This document shows, piece after piece, positions 10,384 to 22,452 of a stretch of 64,000 nt of DNA (position 1 is its first letter; every line of letters begins with the position of its first letter). Origin of the DNA: Pelagomonas calceolata (taxonomy: Eukaryota). Under the pieces are notes generated by a model. That model searched no databases, was not told where the DNA came from, and saw only the letters and a program-made list of their open reading frames with translations. Location of the stretch: the NCBI GenBank assembly GCA_918797485.1, contig CAKKNE010000005.1, positions 4,960,001 to 5,024,000 on the forward strand, given 5' to 3'. The position numbers were made by a program, and so were the translations under genes.

Positions 10384-12368
10384 TCAGTTGAGGTCCCGCA
10401 GCGCCGCCTTGACGCGCGCCGCCGCCGCGTCGAGGTCGCGCCGCCGCTCCTCTCTCAGAGTCCGGCGGCGCCGCTCGGCGTACGACCGGGCGTGCGGCGG
10501 CGCCTTCCGCGACTCGGCCTCGAGCAAGTCCCGCTGCACGTTCAGCTCCAGCAGCTTTCTTTCAAGAGGAGCGCGCCGCGCCGCGTGGGCCTCGTCGCGT
10601 GTCGTCGCGAAGGGCGCGCCGTCGCGGGGCGAGAAGGGCGTCGGCGCGCCGGCGAGCCGCGGAGCCGCGGGCTCGGGGCCGACTTGGGGCGGCCGGTAGC
10701 CCGCGGCGTGCTTGCTGTGCTGGGCGGGCGCGAACGCGGCGAGGGGCGTCGGGCCGGCGGCCAACCGCTGAGAGGGGCTTCCGGGAGGCTGATGTGAGTT
10801 TGGGCGAGGCGGCGGCGGCGGCGGCGCGAGGTCCGCCGACGCGCGGAGGCGCGAGGTCCTCACGTCCGCGTCGCGCGGCGGCGCCGCCCGCTCGCTCCGC
10901 AAGCGAGCGATCTCGGCGGCGTTGCGGCGCACCTCCTCGCCGAGCGCGTCGTGGGCCGTCCGGAGATCCGCATGCGCGCGGCGCCAGCCGTCGACGGCCG
11001 CGCGCGCCTCCGCCGCCGCGGCCTCGGCGCGGGCCGCGCGCGCGTCCGCCTCCGCGCGCGCGTGGTCCGCGTCGCGCCGCTGGAGCCCGGCGCGCTCGAG
11101 CGCGCCGGCCGTCGACCTGTGTGGAAATCAAAATTTTACGGCGCGTATCCAGGTCGGCCGCGTGCACCCGACACACTGGTTGATTTCCACACAGCCGTCG
11201 ACGCGACGCGGTCGTCAGCGTCGCGTGCTGACGCCTCGAGTGCCGCGACGCGGCCCTGCAAGGCCTCGACGGCGACGGCGTCGCGGCCGCGCGCGGCGGC
11301 CGCCTCGACCGCGTCGTCGCGGAGCTGATCTATTAAAGTCCGCGCGCGGGCCAGCTCGTCGTTTAACGTGCGCGCCTCGGCCTCGGCGTCGAGCTTTACC
11401 TGGCGGTCGCGCCGCGCCTGGTCTCTCAAAGCGGCCGCCTCGCGCTCGGCGGCGTCGACGCGCCGGCGCAGCGTCTGCAGCTCCGCGTCGCGGTCGCGCG
11501 ACGCGCGCAGCGACTCGCGCGACGCGCGGGGGTTGAACGGCTCCTCGCGCGATGCGCGCGGGTTCGGTTCCGGTTCCGGTTCCGCCGGCGCGGCCGGCGC
11601 CGGCGCCGGCGCCGCGTCCCACGCGGCCGCCCGGCCCGCCTGGCGCACGGCGACGGGCAGCCGCGCGGGGCCGAGGCGCGGCCCCGCGGCGTAGTTTGAC
11701 AGGGGCACGGGACCCGGCCGGTCGTACGCGTCGTCGGGCTCGTAAGGTTTTTGCGTTCGTGGCGGGAATACGTCGCCCAAGCCGCCGGCGTGAGGTACGG
11801 GCGACGGCGGCGGCGAGTTCCGCACGCGCCCGCCCGGCCGGAAGGCCTCGGGCGACGGCGCCGCCGGTTTTTCAATGGAGGGCGACCGCGGCTTCCACAT
11901 CGTGCGGTGGCGCGCCTCCGGCGAGTCCGCCTTGGGCGGCGCCTGCCACGCCTTGGGCGAGGCCGGCGGGCTGTTGGCCACGGGCCCGCCGCTCCGAAAG
12001 GCCTCGGGCGAGGTCACGCCCACGGCCGCGGCGGCGGCGGCGAGCTCCTTGACGACGATGGGCGCCGGCTTCTTCCGCGGTGAGGATGTGGCGACGGGCG
12101 ACGGCGGCGGCGTCTCGTCGAGGTCCACAGGCGGCGGAGGCGTGTCGTTGGCCACGGTGTCCACGAGGCTCGACGCCGTGGCGTAGGCCGCGCGGGCCGT
12201 CGCCGTCAGGGTCTCCGCGATGGTTGGCTGCGCCTCCTCGACGGTCGGCTCGGCGTCGAGCGCGACGACCTCGACAGTGTCGTGCACGTCGTCGTTGTCC
12301 GCTTTTTGAAAGGGCAGGAACTCCGAGTTGCCTTGCAGTTCTCCTTCGTCGCCTTTGTCGTCGGCCAT
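10384..12368 (-). CDS. Pro-rich/coiled-coil hypothetical protein, 2 exons (12368-11203, 11116-10384; 632 aa)
   Basis: Removing the introner intron 11117-11202 joins ORF 11136..12368 in frame to ORF 10384..10932 (..RVASTAGALERAGLQRR..). Confidence 0.75.
11117..11194 (-). mobile_element. Introner element IE1 (78 bp) forming GT-AG intron 11202-11117
   Basis: TIR CTGTGTGGAAATCAA / TTGATTTCCACACAG; perfect 8-bp TSD CCGTCGAC at 11109-11116 and 11195-11202. Confidence 0.92.
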
Positions 12369-12563
12369 TTGCGAGGTCCGCGTACGAATGCAAGGGCAAA
12401 CCGTAGGATGCAGCGTTTCTTTTTTGCTGGGACGTAGAGCCTTGGCGTCGCTGTCAGCGCAGCGTATGAGCTGAGAGTATTATTAGTTGACGCAGAAATG
12501 GCGTAACGCAGCAAAACTGAGGGCGCGCGCATAAAACCGCGACTTTGCAAGTTATGCTGCGCG

Positions 12564-12586
12564 GCTAGCGGCCTGTAAGACACTAG
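12564..12586 (-). promoter_or_regulatory. CTAG-TGTCTTAC intergenic motif copy
   Basis: Reverse complement CTAGTGTCTTACAGGCCGCTAGC; 196 bp upstream of ATG 12368(-). Confidence 0.8.
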
Positions 12587-13693
12587 GGGAAACCGCATTA
12601 ATCCATACAATAGGTGTTTAAGCATGCACCCACGCGTGTCCCGTCTCGCCGCCCGTCTCGCGCTTTGCGTCGGCGCAAAAGCCCTCTGAGGCGGCGTCTG
12701 AGAGGCAAAATATCAGCCTAAATAGCGCGCGCTACAGCGCTGCTCCGAAGCTTTGGGCTTCTCCGGGAGCCTATCCAGCGAGGACTGCTCGCCGCTGCGC
12801 TGCGCCAGCTCTCAGCGCGCCGCCGCGGCTCTCCTGCGCCAGCACAGCTGTGTTTGCAGACATGCGCTCTAGTGTAGCGTGCCACGGCCACGAGATGGCC
12901 GACAATAAAAAAAACATGACGCCCGAGTAGCGCCAGAGGCCACACGAAAGTGTGGCCGCAAAAGAAAGAAAAAAAACTCGACGCCAACCAGAGCTGCTGG
13001 CGCCGGCTCCTCTATGTGCAAGGGTGACACGAGAACTGTGACGGCTCGACGACGAGCGGCTACGGGATAAGGCGCCGCGCGCAAGGAAGGAACGGCGGCG
13101 CCGCCACTGCCCACGATCACTTAGTATGTCCGTCCGTGATTCACGCCGCTGGACTTTGCTTCCTCTTGGGTGACAATGTTTACCTGATAACCGGGTGATC
13201 ACGTGGCCGTCGGAAAAGTGGTCGGGCTGAGTGGCGGTGGTCTGCTCCGAAACGTTCTCCTCCGAGGCGCCTCCTCGAGAAAGGACATCTCCGCGGGCCC
13301 GCACACGTGCTCGCAGTGCTCAGGTTAAGGGCACGCCAAGCTCTTCGCGTTCAGTGGATGGTTTCCGCAGAAACCGGATCAAGTCTCGTCCCTGCTGTGA
13401 GGGAACGAGCTGTAAGGAGGATGGGAGAGGAAGGACGGCACGCCTCCTCCAGAGCGCGATGATCGCATCGAGCACGCGGCCGCGGGGTTGTGCGAGATCA
13501 GGAGGGGGGCGCGCGCGGTGCTTGAGACGTGGGCCTGGCATAGAGCGTCGCCGTGGGCTGGTGGTCGGCGACGGTCTTCGCGCCTACGAGCGATTGAGAG
13601 TACTCATGGACGCGGCCTGCGGGGTAAACAAGATCGTGAGCTGAGTTACTGCCGTGCGGCGCACCTCAAATGGCCTCGACGACGTCAGACGCC

Positions 13694-15433
13694 GGCCGCG
13701 CCGTGTTGAACAAGGTCAAGGCGCTTCGAGGGCGGCGTGTTATGTGATCGTGACCTGTACTCGGCGTCGCCGTGAGCAAGGGCGACGTCGGATCTACCAA
13801 GTCGTGATCTAATGCTGATCTCGCGCCTCGACGCGGGCCGCGCCGTCCTGGACCAGGTCAAGGCGCTTCGAGGGCGGCGTGTTATGTGATCGTGACCTGT
13901 ACTCGGCGTCGCCGTGAGCAAGGGCGACGTCGGATCTACCAAGTCGTGATCTAATGCTGATCTCGCGCCTCGACGCGGGCCGCGCCGTCCTGGACCAGGT
14001 CAAGGCGCTTCGAGGGCGGCGTGTTATGTGATCGTGACCTGTACTCGGCGTCGCCGTGAGCAAGGGCGACGTCGGATCTACCAAGTCGTGATCTAATGCT
14101 GATCGCGCTCGACGCTGGGCGCGCCGTCCTGGACCAGGTCAAGGCGCTTCGAGGGCGGCGTGTTATGTGATCGTGACCCGTACTCGGCGTCGCGGTGACC
14201 AAGGGCGACGTCGGATCTACCAAGTCGTGATCTAATGCTGATCTCGCGCCTCGACGCGGGCCGCGCCGTCCTGGACCAGGTCAAGGCGCTTCGAGGGCGG
14301 CGTGTTATGTGATCGTGACCTGTACTCGGCGTCGCCGTGAGCAAGGGCGACGTCGGATCTACCAAGTCGTGATCTAATGCTGATCTCGCGCCTCGACGCG
14401 GGCCGCGCCGTCCTGGACCAGGTCAAGGCGCTTCGAGGGCGGCGTGTTATGTGATCGTGACCCGTACTCGGCGTCGCGGTGACCAAGGGCGACGTCGGAT
14501 CTACCAAGTCGTGATCTAATGCTGATCTCGCGCCTCGACGCGGGCCGCGCCGTCCTGGACCAGGTCAAGGCGCTTCGAGGGCGGCGTGTTATGTGATCGT
14601 GACCTGTACTCGGCGTCGCCGTGAGCAAGGGCGACGTCGGATCTACCAAGTCGTGATCTAATGCTGATCTCGCCTCGGCGGGCCGCGCCGTCCTGGACCA
14701 GGTCAAGGCGCTTCGAGGGCGGCGTGTTATGTGATCGTGACCTGTACTCGGCGTCGCCGTGAGCAAGGGCGACGTCGGATCTACCAAGTCGTGATCTAAT
14801 GCTGATCTCGCGCCTCGACGCGGGCCGCGCCGTCCTGGACCAGGTCAAGGCGCTTCGAGGGCGGCGTGTTATGTGATCGTGACCTGTACTCGGCGTCGCC
14901 GTGAGCAAGGGCGACGTCGGATCTACCAAGTCGTGATCTAATGCTGATCTCGCGCCTCGACGCGGGCCGCGCCGTCCTGGACCAGGTCAAGGCGCTTCGA
15001 GGGCGGCGTGTTATGTGATCGTGACCTGTACTCGGCGTCGCCGTGAGCAAGGGCGACGTCGGATCTACCAAGTCGTGATCTAATGCTGATCTCGCGCCTC
15101 GACGCGGGCCGCGCCGTCCTGGACCAGGTCAAGGCGCTTCGAGGGCGGCGTGTTATGTGATCGTGACCTGTACTCGGCGTCGCCGTGAGCAAGGGCGACG
15201 TCGGATCTACCAAGTCGTGATCTAATGCTGATCTCGCGCCTCGACGCGGGCCGCGCCGTCCTGGACCAGGTCAAGGCGCTTCGAGGGCGGCGTGTTATGT
15301 GATCGTGACCCGTACTCGGCGTCGCGGTGACCAAGGGCGACGTCGGATCTACCAAGTCGTGATCTAATGCTGATCTCGCGCCTCGACGCGGGCCGCGCCG
15401 TCCTGGACCAGGTCAAGGCGCTTCGAGGGCGGC
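13694..15433. repeat. Tandem array of a 142-bp unit, ~12.3 copies
   Basis: CAAGGCGCTTCGAGGGCGGC recurs at 13717, 13859, 14001, 14140, 14282, 14424, 14566, 14704, 14846, 14988, 15130, 15272, 15414 (spacing 142 except 139 and 138). Confidence 0.97.
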
Positions 15434-18400
15434 CTGCTCTTTTACCGTTGTGACCACCACTTCAGCATCCCAAGCAAGTTCATTGGTCTCATCTGCCGCC
15501 CAAGGGGTTGAGACAACTTTGTAAGGCATGGAAGTGTCAACCTTCGGCGCGCGCGCCGGCTGCGCGGTCACTTCTACTACATCGGGCGGCGGCTGCTCTT
15601 CTACCGTTGTGGCCACTTCAGCATCCCAAACAAGTTCATTGGTCCCATCTGCCGCCCAAGGCTTTGAGACAACGTTGTAACGCACGGAAGTCGCGCGCGG
15701 CGGCTGCGCCACCAGTTCTTCTACTTCGTGCGGTGGCTGCGGCGGCAACGCGGGCTGCGACGGCTCGACTGCATCAGGGACTGCTACCTCTATCGATGTG
15801 GCCGCGTCGGGCGCCTCCTCAACAATCTCTGGTAATACGGAGTCGCACGGCTCGGTGCACTTCCGACCCCCGTCTGCACAGGTCCAGTGTGCGCCTTCAA
15901 CTACTACGGTGCCTTTCTCGCGGAGGCGCCACTGTTCACACGTGTCGCAACAGGACCATGGCCTGTCCTGTCCTGTATCGTGCCAGTAGCATTTGACCTT
16001 GTTCCCGTCGGCCGCGGTGCGGCCGTTGCCCAGCTGCTGGGCGATCTTCGGCCACTTTCCCCACATGCTGCGGAACTTCTCCTCCAACACGACTATCCTC
16101 CGCTTCTCGTCTTCGGTCAGGGGCGTTTGGTTCGACTGGAGAGACGCGTAGTGTTGCAGGACGTACCCCTGATCCCACTGTATGCCCAGCTCGTTCAAGG
16201 CTTCGGCGATATAGTTCCACGATGCCTTTGCATCAGGACGGAGCTCCTTGGCTTTCTTCACAAGTAATTTGAGGACGTCGTCGCTGCTTAGGTTAGCGAG
16301 GGCTTCTGCATCTGCGCGGGCGGCATCAATAAGTGCGGCCACGTGTGACCTGCGCTGCGCCTCGCGGCCGTCGCCGCGCTCGCTGAACGCCTGCGCTACC
16401 TGCTGCAACACATCGCGGCACTTCTCGAGTACTTCAGCAAGCTCGCGACGCTCACCGTCGCCGTCAAACAGGATCTCATATAATGACTTGTGCTGGGCCT
16501 GGAAGACCCGCTCGACCGCGGCGACCGCGGCAACCTTCTTCGCTTGGTCGTCGGCACACGACTCTACTAATTTGAGAATCGCGTCCGAGGCCAAGGCGCC
16601 GTGCATCGAGACGTCCTTCACGTGGGCCTCGAGCGGCTTCTCGACGCCGAGCGCCTTGAGATCTTCGACAAGAGCTTTGCGCTGCGCCGCAAAGGCCGCG
16701 CCGCCGCCGGCGGCGCAGTGGCCCGACCACTTCTCGACCGACGCACCCAAGGGGATGACGTGCTTCCGGGTGCGGTGGATAATGACCGCGGCAAACTCGT
16801 CTTTGACATGGCGCCGCGCCGTCGCGTGCGGGCCGCTATAAGACGGGTGGTAGCGGAGCTCTACTCTGACCTGTGTGGAAATCAACCAGTGTGTCGGGTG
16901 CACTAAGTCATTTCTCGGCGATGACGCGGCCGTGCTGGACCCGTCAAACGATGAAGAACCGCCACCGCCACGCCATCGAGCAGGCGGCGCGTCGATGGCG
17001 TGGAGGACGACGCCGTAAAATTTTGATTTCCACGCAGACTCCGACGTCGCGGCCGTCCTTGCGGTACACGAGGAATGTTCTCTCCGCGTCGACGGAAGGC
17101 AGCTTGTCGTCGCCGGTGAGGAACCACAGAACATCGCGAACGGCTTCGTCCGCTTCGGTCACCTCGACGCAGATGTCCTCGTCGCCCACGATGCAGTCCA
17201 TGGCATAGGTGTGCTGGTCAATACCGAAGACCTGTATAGGAGATTGTCGATTCCGAGCGTGAAGGCTCGTCGGCGACGTCCAGACGACCGTGCAACCTCC
17301 ACGCCATCGATGCGATCGGAGTTTTGGACTCGGAAGGCGCACCTCGATTATGGTCCCGGGCCATTCCGATTTGCGGATGGCCTCAAACAGGCGGGGCGCG
17401 CCGCGTGCAAGATCTCCCGGCCGATCGGCCGGCTCGAGGACGGCATCGTTACTTCTCGAGGGCTGCATGGTGCTGACATTAAGATTGTGGATGGTGTCGA
17501 ACCACCTGTGCGCACATCAACCAGTGAGTCGGGTGCACGGCGACGACGCGGCCGTGCTTGATAACCCGAGCGGCGAGGGACCCAGATCGCCACGCGTAGA
17601 CGTGGCGTCGATGGCGCGGAGCTCGTCGCGACGGCTCGGCGACGGTTTGATTTGTGCACTGCAAGCCACGCGGCGCGGAGCTTATCAAGGCCGGCCGCGA
17701 CCGCCTCAGCGCGCGACTGGAACTGGTCTCGGGTGAAACCTACCTGAGCTAAGACTGATAAAGCGAGGCGCTCGATGGTCTGGCAGACTCGTTCCGAGCC
17801 ATCATCTGTTCTAATGCGGGCGCAGTTCACGTCCAACAAGTTGGAAGGTGATGCGGCGTCGTCGTCGACTGCGGCCGTACGCAACCAGTGCTCGGCTTCC
17901 GTCAAAGGCTCGGTGTCGGCGCGCGCGCTAATCGCGAGGTCGCGCGCCCAGCCAGCTACTAAAACGCGCTTGCTCTTGCCGGCGCCGAGGGGTAAGGAAT
18001 ACTGGAACTTCTCGTGGGGCTTCTTGTTCGCGTCCTTGACCGCGCCAGCGCGTAGGCTTCGCTCGACCTTCTTGAGGGCCGCGAGCAGGGAGGCTTCCTC
18101 GGCGTCGTCAGTGTCTTCGTAGTAAGACCGGGCGAGGCGCTCCGCGTGCAAGCGGTCGGCCCCGCCGGCGACCGAGAGCTCCACGCACGCGGCCTCGTAC
18201 ACGTCGCGTAGGACTAATACAGCAGCGAGCGCGGGCTCTTCGCCATCGCCGCGGTACTTCCGGAACAGGGGGCCGACTTCGACTTTCGCCACCGTCGCGA
18301 GCCGAGCTAAGCGCCGCGTAAGCCCTGGTACAATCTCCTCGTCCGTGCGCAGCATCTTGGCTTCGGCCGCGCGGGCTTTTGCTACCCGCGCGGCATGATT

Positions 18401-18754
18401 GGACGCGCGCGGCACAGGAGCGGCGTCGCCTCCAGCGCCTCGCCGGCGCTTGGGCGGCGCCGGCGACTCGTCCTCCGCGTCGTCGTAGTCGTCGTCGTCT
18501 CCGGACTCGTCGTCGTATTCAGACTTGTCGTCGTCGTCGTCGTCGTGACCGTCATTCTTAGCGGCCCGCTCCAGTAACATTTTCACAGCGGCAAGGCGCT
18601 CCGGCGACGCGGCGCCCGGCGGTGGCACCGTCGTTGCCCATGCCATGGGTGCCGACTGGGCGCCGCTCGAGGCGCGGCGCGGCCCCGACCCGCTCGCGTC
18701 CTCGTTTTCCAGATCCATACGTCTTCCCCAGGCTTCAGGCATGCACGCCGCCAT
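15413..18754 (-). CDS. ~1000-aa putative chromatin protein with Myb/SANT-like domain and CW-type zinc finger, 3 exons (18754-17670, 17505-17046, 16870-15413)
   Basis: Removing two introner introns joins three ORFs in frame (exon sum 3003 nt). Myb-like LTEDEKRRIV..WPKIAQQLGNGRT..VKCYW; zf-CW WSCCDTCEQWR..WTCADGGRKC; NLS-like PPKRRR. Start codon uncertain. Confidence 0.75.
16871..17037 (-). mobile_element. Introner element IE2 (167 bp) forming GT-AG intron 17045-16871
   Basis: TIR CTGTGTGGAAATCAA / TTGATTTCCACGCAG; TSD ACTCTGAC / ACTCCGAC (1 mismatch); splicing gives ..DGRD|VRVELRY. Confidence 0.9.
17506..17661 (-). mobile_element. Introner element IE3 (second TIR subfamily) forming GT-AG intron 17669-17506
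   Basis: TIR CTGTGCGCACATCAA / TTGATTTGTGCACTG; TSD CGAACCAC / CAAGCCAC (2 mismatches); splicing gives ..RAAWFDTIHNLNVSTMQP in frame. Confidence 0.85.
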
Positions 18755-19364
18755 GGATGAGAGCACGGCGGCGCGCCGACTTTGCTCAGCGGCCTCGACC
18801 GCGCGCGCTAGGCGTCCGTGTATGTCGTAAAAGCGCTAATACAGGCGCGCCCGTAGTTCTTTTCGGCACGGTTCGGCCGGGATATATTTGCAATGAAGTT
18901 CCACAGTGATCGCGACTCAAATTTTGCGACGTGTGGACCATAAATTTGTCTCAACTGCGCCAACGAGGCTGGAAAAACCCGTTTTGATTTTGAGTCCACA
19001 CGAGAGGACAAGCGTGCGTTCACAGGTCCTCGAGCACAGACTCGTCTTTTGATTTGCCTCCAGGGCTTTCCCAAGCTGCTTCTTTGGACCCGATGGTTCC
19101 CGTAAAAAACGTCAATTACCCGATGCAGCGACGCTGGAAGGGCACTCGATGGGTGCAGTGCGCGGCGTCCGCTTTCCGTGCCTTTGTGATCTGTCTTCGT
19201 CTTAGGTCGATGGTGTTGTCATGTTTCCGGAACGGGCGGCGCGTCGTGTCTGCTTCGGCAGCGGTTCGACGAAATACTCCGAATAGCACCACAGACTGCT
19301 CGGACGGCACCCAGGTGATCTGTGTGCTGCAGGAGGGCTCGCAAAAAAGCGGCGGCAAAACCGA

Positions 19365-19386
19365 GCTAGCGGCAGTAAGACACTAG
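19365..19386 (-). promoter_or_regulatory. CTAG-TGTCTTAC intergenic motif copy
   Basis: Reverse complement CTAGTGTCTTACTGCCGCTAGC; ~610 bp upstream of ATG 18754(-). Confidence 0.75.
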
Positions 19387-19484
19387 GCATTAAGCAGCGC
19401 GCAGCGCCTGATAATCTAATAGCCGTCGTCTGAGACCTCAGGAAGGTGGGACCACATTCATTTTACGCCATCGAGGCACAACAA

Positions 19485-20903
19485 CTAAGCCCGAAGAAGC
19501 GCCGGCCGGTCGAGCCGGAACGTCTCTAAAGAAAAAGGCAGCTTCACCCCCAGCGCGAGCGCCGCCGCGGCGTCGCCGATGGCCGGGCCCATCTTGAAGG
19601 CGTGGCCCGAGCCGCCGCCCGCCAATATGATAGGCGCGCCCGCGCCAGGAACTTTATCAAGCACGTAGTGGTAGTCCGGCGTCGTCGTGTAGAGGCAGGA
19701 CTCGCTCCGGAAGGGCGTGGCTTCCAGCCCCGGGAAGAAGCTCGCCACGAAGCGTTGGTTCGCTTCGATTATGGAAGGGTCGCCTTGATGATCGTGGCTC
19801 CGCAGCGCCTTCTCATCTAATGTTTGACCGACGTGGTGCGCCGCGACCTTGACGCCCTGTGTCTTGACGATGGGGATGCCGTAGTAGCCCAAATCGCCGA
19901 GGCCGTTGTTAAGATCCGAAATAAAAACGGGCATTCTTTTATAACCGTAGACAGCTTTACTTCCTTTCGGCTTGAAGTAGGACACCGTTTCCCGCGTCAC
20001 GGTCGTGGGTACATGAAGATTGAACCACTTTTTAGCTATTGAGGTCAGCCACGCGCCCGGCGCCACGATACAACTCCGGCCGACGATCCTTTCCTTATTT
20101 CCGAGGCGCACTTCAACAGAATCGGCCCGGCGCTTTACTGAAACAACATCAGAACCCTCCCTCACGTCTACCTTAAGCTTCCGCGCGAGTTCATAAGCTC
20201 TCGCCATCGCGACCTGTGTGGAAATCAAATTTTACGGCGCGTTCGTCGCGTCGTCCTCCACGCTATCGACGCGACGCTTGCTCGATGGCGTGGCGATGCC
20301 GGTTCATCACCACTCGACGGAGCCAGTGCACCCGACACGCTGGTTGATTTCCACACAGATCGCGACGTCGGCGAACAGTACCCCAAAGTCCGGCTGGTAC
20401 AGCGCCGTCGTGTTCTTCGGGGCCGAGAACTGGGGGAAGCGCTCCTTGAGCTTCTTTCTAGATAATTTCTCGTGCGCGAGGCCCCGCTTCCGGTAAATCT
20501 TGGTAAGATCATCTAAACCGCCGTGCGAGTCATAATTTCCACCTTGCCCGGAATAGAGCGAAACGCCGCCCGTGTGGGCCAGCACCTTGCTCGTCGCATC
20601 ATTCAGTTCGCCCCAGTAGGACAGCGACAGGTACATCATGTCGACGTAAATCTCGTCGGCGTACGCGAAGCGGTAGATGCGGCCGTCGCCGTGCGACGAG
20701 CCCCGCGCGTGGCCCTCCGTGTATTTCTCGACGAGGCAGACGGTCCTGTTCTGCCTTGCTGCCGCGATGGCGGACCAGACGCCCATGACGCCTCCTCCCA
20801 CCACTACAACGTCGTACTGCACGGGCTGCGGTTTGCGCAGCCGTTGTGCTGCCAATGCTGCGAGCGCTGCTGCTGCGGCGCCGAGTCGGAGGAGTATATG
20901 CAT
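19485..20903 (-). CDS. FAD-dependent sarcosine/L-pipecolate oxidase family protein, 2 exons (20903-20367, 20213-19485; 421 aa)
   Basis: YDVVVVGGGVMG Rossmann motif, RGSSHGDGRIYR, CLYTTTPD, GGSGHAFKMGPAIG; exons join in frame across IE4. Confidence 0.9.
20214..20358 (-). mobile_element. Introner element IE4 (145 bp) forming GT-AG intron 20366-20214
   Basis: TIR CTGTGTGGAAATCAA / TTGATTTCCACACAG; perfect TSD ATCGCGAC at 20206-20213 and 20359-20366. Confidence 0.93.
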
Positions 20904-21075
20904 TGTCTTGCTTTTGCGCAGCTGATGGCTGGTGTGGCTTTTTGGCTGTGATGGCTGTGGTGGCTTTTTGTTTGGACACAGCTGTGGCAGGCGGCCTCGC
21001 AGCGATCGTGGCAAGTACTGGGCGCGTGAATAGCCCAGCTATTGCAGCTCTTCGGCCGCTCGGCGCAAAGACCGA

Positions 21076-21098
21076 GCTAGCGGCAGATAGACACTAGC
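21076..21098 (-). promoter_or_regulatory. CTAG-TGTCTTAC intergenic motif copy (variant)
   Basis: Reverse complement GCTAGTGTCTATCTGCCGCTAGC; 173 bp from ATG 20903(-) and 164 bp from ATG 21262(+). Confidence 0.75.
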
Positions 21099-21261
21099 AG
21101 GCAGCCTTGCAAAGTCCGCAAGACCGGCGTAACCACCATACCACACGCCACACGTGCTGTAATAATTGCCATTCGTTCTCTATTTCGACATGCGTCGCAG
21201 CGCGCCAGACGCGCCTTCCATGAGATAGCATAAAGCAGCCAACCCAACCCAAGACATTAGG

Positions 21262-22347
21262 ATGGCGTCGGCGCGGCGCGTAAAAGCGATGCTCTACGGC
21301 ATCGCCGCAATATCAAGCATATCGTCAGCGCAGCGCATCGAGCACCCAGGCACCGGGGCCACGAGCCCCAACGCCTACTTCGTCATGGTCGGGCCCCTCG
21401 AGCCCCAGCGCGCCTACCACCCCTGGCTCGTGTCCGCGGTATCGATGGCGAACACCTTGAAAGACCACGGGTCGACGAGCGACTTTGTCCTTTTATTAGC
21501 GACGAAGCGGGATGGGCGGCCGCGCGAGACTGTAGATCTACTAGAAGAAGAAGAAGCCACTTTGCTCAAAACGGGCTGTCGGTGGCGCTACGCCCAACCA
21601 CCCGGTAAGAAACACCTGGCGGGCTACCACATGGGCCACTACAAATTGTTAGCGTGGCAGCACGTCGAGTATGCAACCATACAACTGTTGGACGCCGATT
21701 TACTGCCCGTCAACAACCTAGATCCGCTCTTCTCATTGACAAAAGCTTTGAACACCGAAGTCGTAGCGTGCCCGGGCAAGGTCGCTCCATTGAATGCAGG
21801 ATGGGTTTTAATACGACCATCACTGACAACGTTCGAAGGTTTACTGAAAACGCTCGATATAATGAGAAGGACGAATCGCGACGCGCCCTACGGCCATGCT
21901 ATGAAGACGCCCTGGCGCGCGGCGACGGGGGCCGCGGGCGGCAGCGACTGGCGCTTCTTCGATGTCTTCGGGAACCAAGGGCACATGTACGACTACTTTC
22001 GGTTCGAGGCGAAGAGCTTGAGCGTCATCACGCAGTCGACGCAGAACGGCACGCGGGTCTTCTCATATAAAGATGAGGAGCGCATCCTTGATGAATTGCC
22101 GTCCGTGTTGGACGCGGCGTTTCCGTGCCCGTTCCCAGTGCGGGGCAAGCGCGCGCCCAGTGGGTTGGCCTACCACCACTTCACGGGGTCGCGGAAGCCC
22201 TGGCGGCCCTTCACGCCGTCGAACGCGAAGTACCGGGCCTGGTACGCGGCGGCGTCGCGGCGGGGCGCGGACCTGGGGATTCTGGAGGGGTTGTTTCCTT
22301 CCGTGCCGCGGGACGTGCTGCGGGACGCGGCGACTCGTGCTTTGTAA
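21262..22347 (+). CDS. Glycosyltransferase family 8 (glycogenin-like fold) with N-terminal signal/anchor
   Basis: KLLAWQHVEY..LLDADLL (DxD), LNAGWVLIRPS, GNQG, HFTGSRKPW. Confidence 0.85.
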   Translation: MASARRVKAMLYGIAAISSISSAQRIEHPGTGATSPNAYFVMVGPLEPQRAYHPWLVSAVSMANTLKDHGSTSDFVLLLATKRDGRPRETVDLLEEEEATLLKTGCRWRYAQPPGKKHLAGYHMGHYKLLAWQHVEYATIQLLDADLLPVNNLDPLFSLTKALNTEVVACPGKVAPLNAGWVLIRPSLTTFEGLLKTLDIMRRTNRDAPYGHAMKTPWRAATGAAGGSDWRFFDVFGNQGHMYDYFRFEAKSLSVITQSTQNGTRVFSYKDEERILDELPSVLDAAFPCPFPVRGKRAPSGLAYHHFTGSRKPWRPFTPSNAKYRAWYAAASRRGADLGILEGLFPSVPRDVLRDAATRAL

Positions 22348-22452
22348 TAATTTTGGTTTTGTGATGGATGACCTCGCGTCGGCGGCGTGCATGCAAGCCA
22401 GCATTTGTCCTGAACTGTGTAAACAAGGAAAATCATGATCTTACAGGAATAC

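Noticed and set aside
13694..15433. CRISPR array or repeat-protein gene
   Set aside because: Units are contiguous and near-identical with no unique spacers; 142 is not a multiple of 3, stops recur in each unit, and there are no cas genes.
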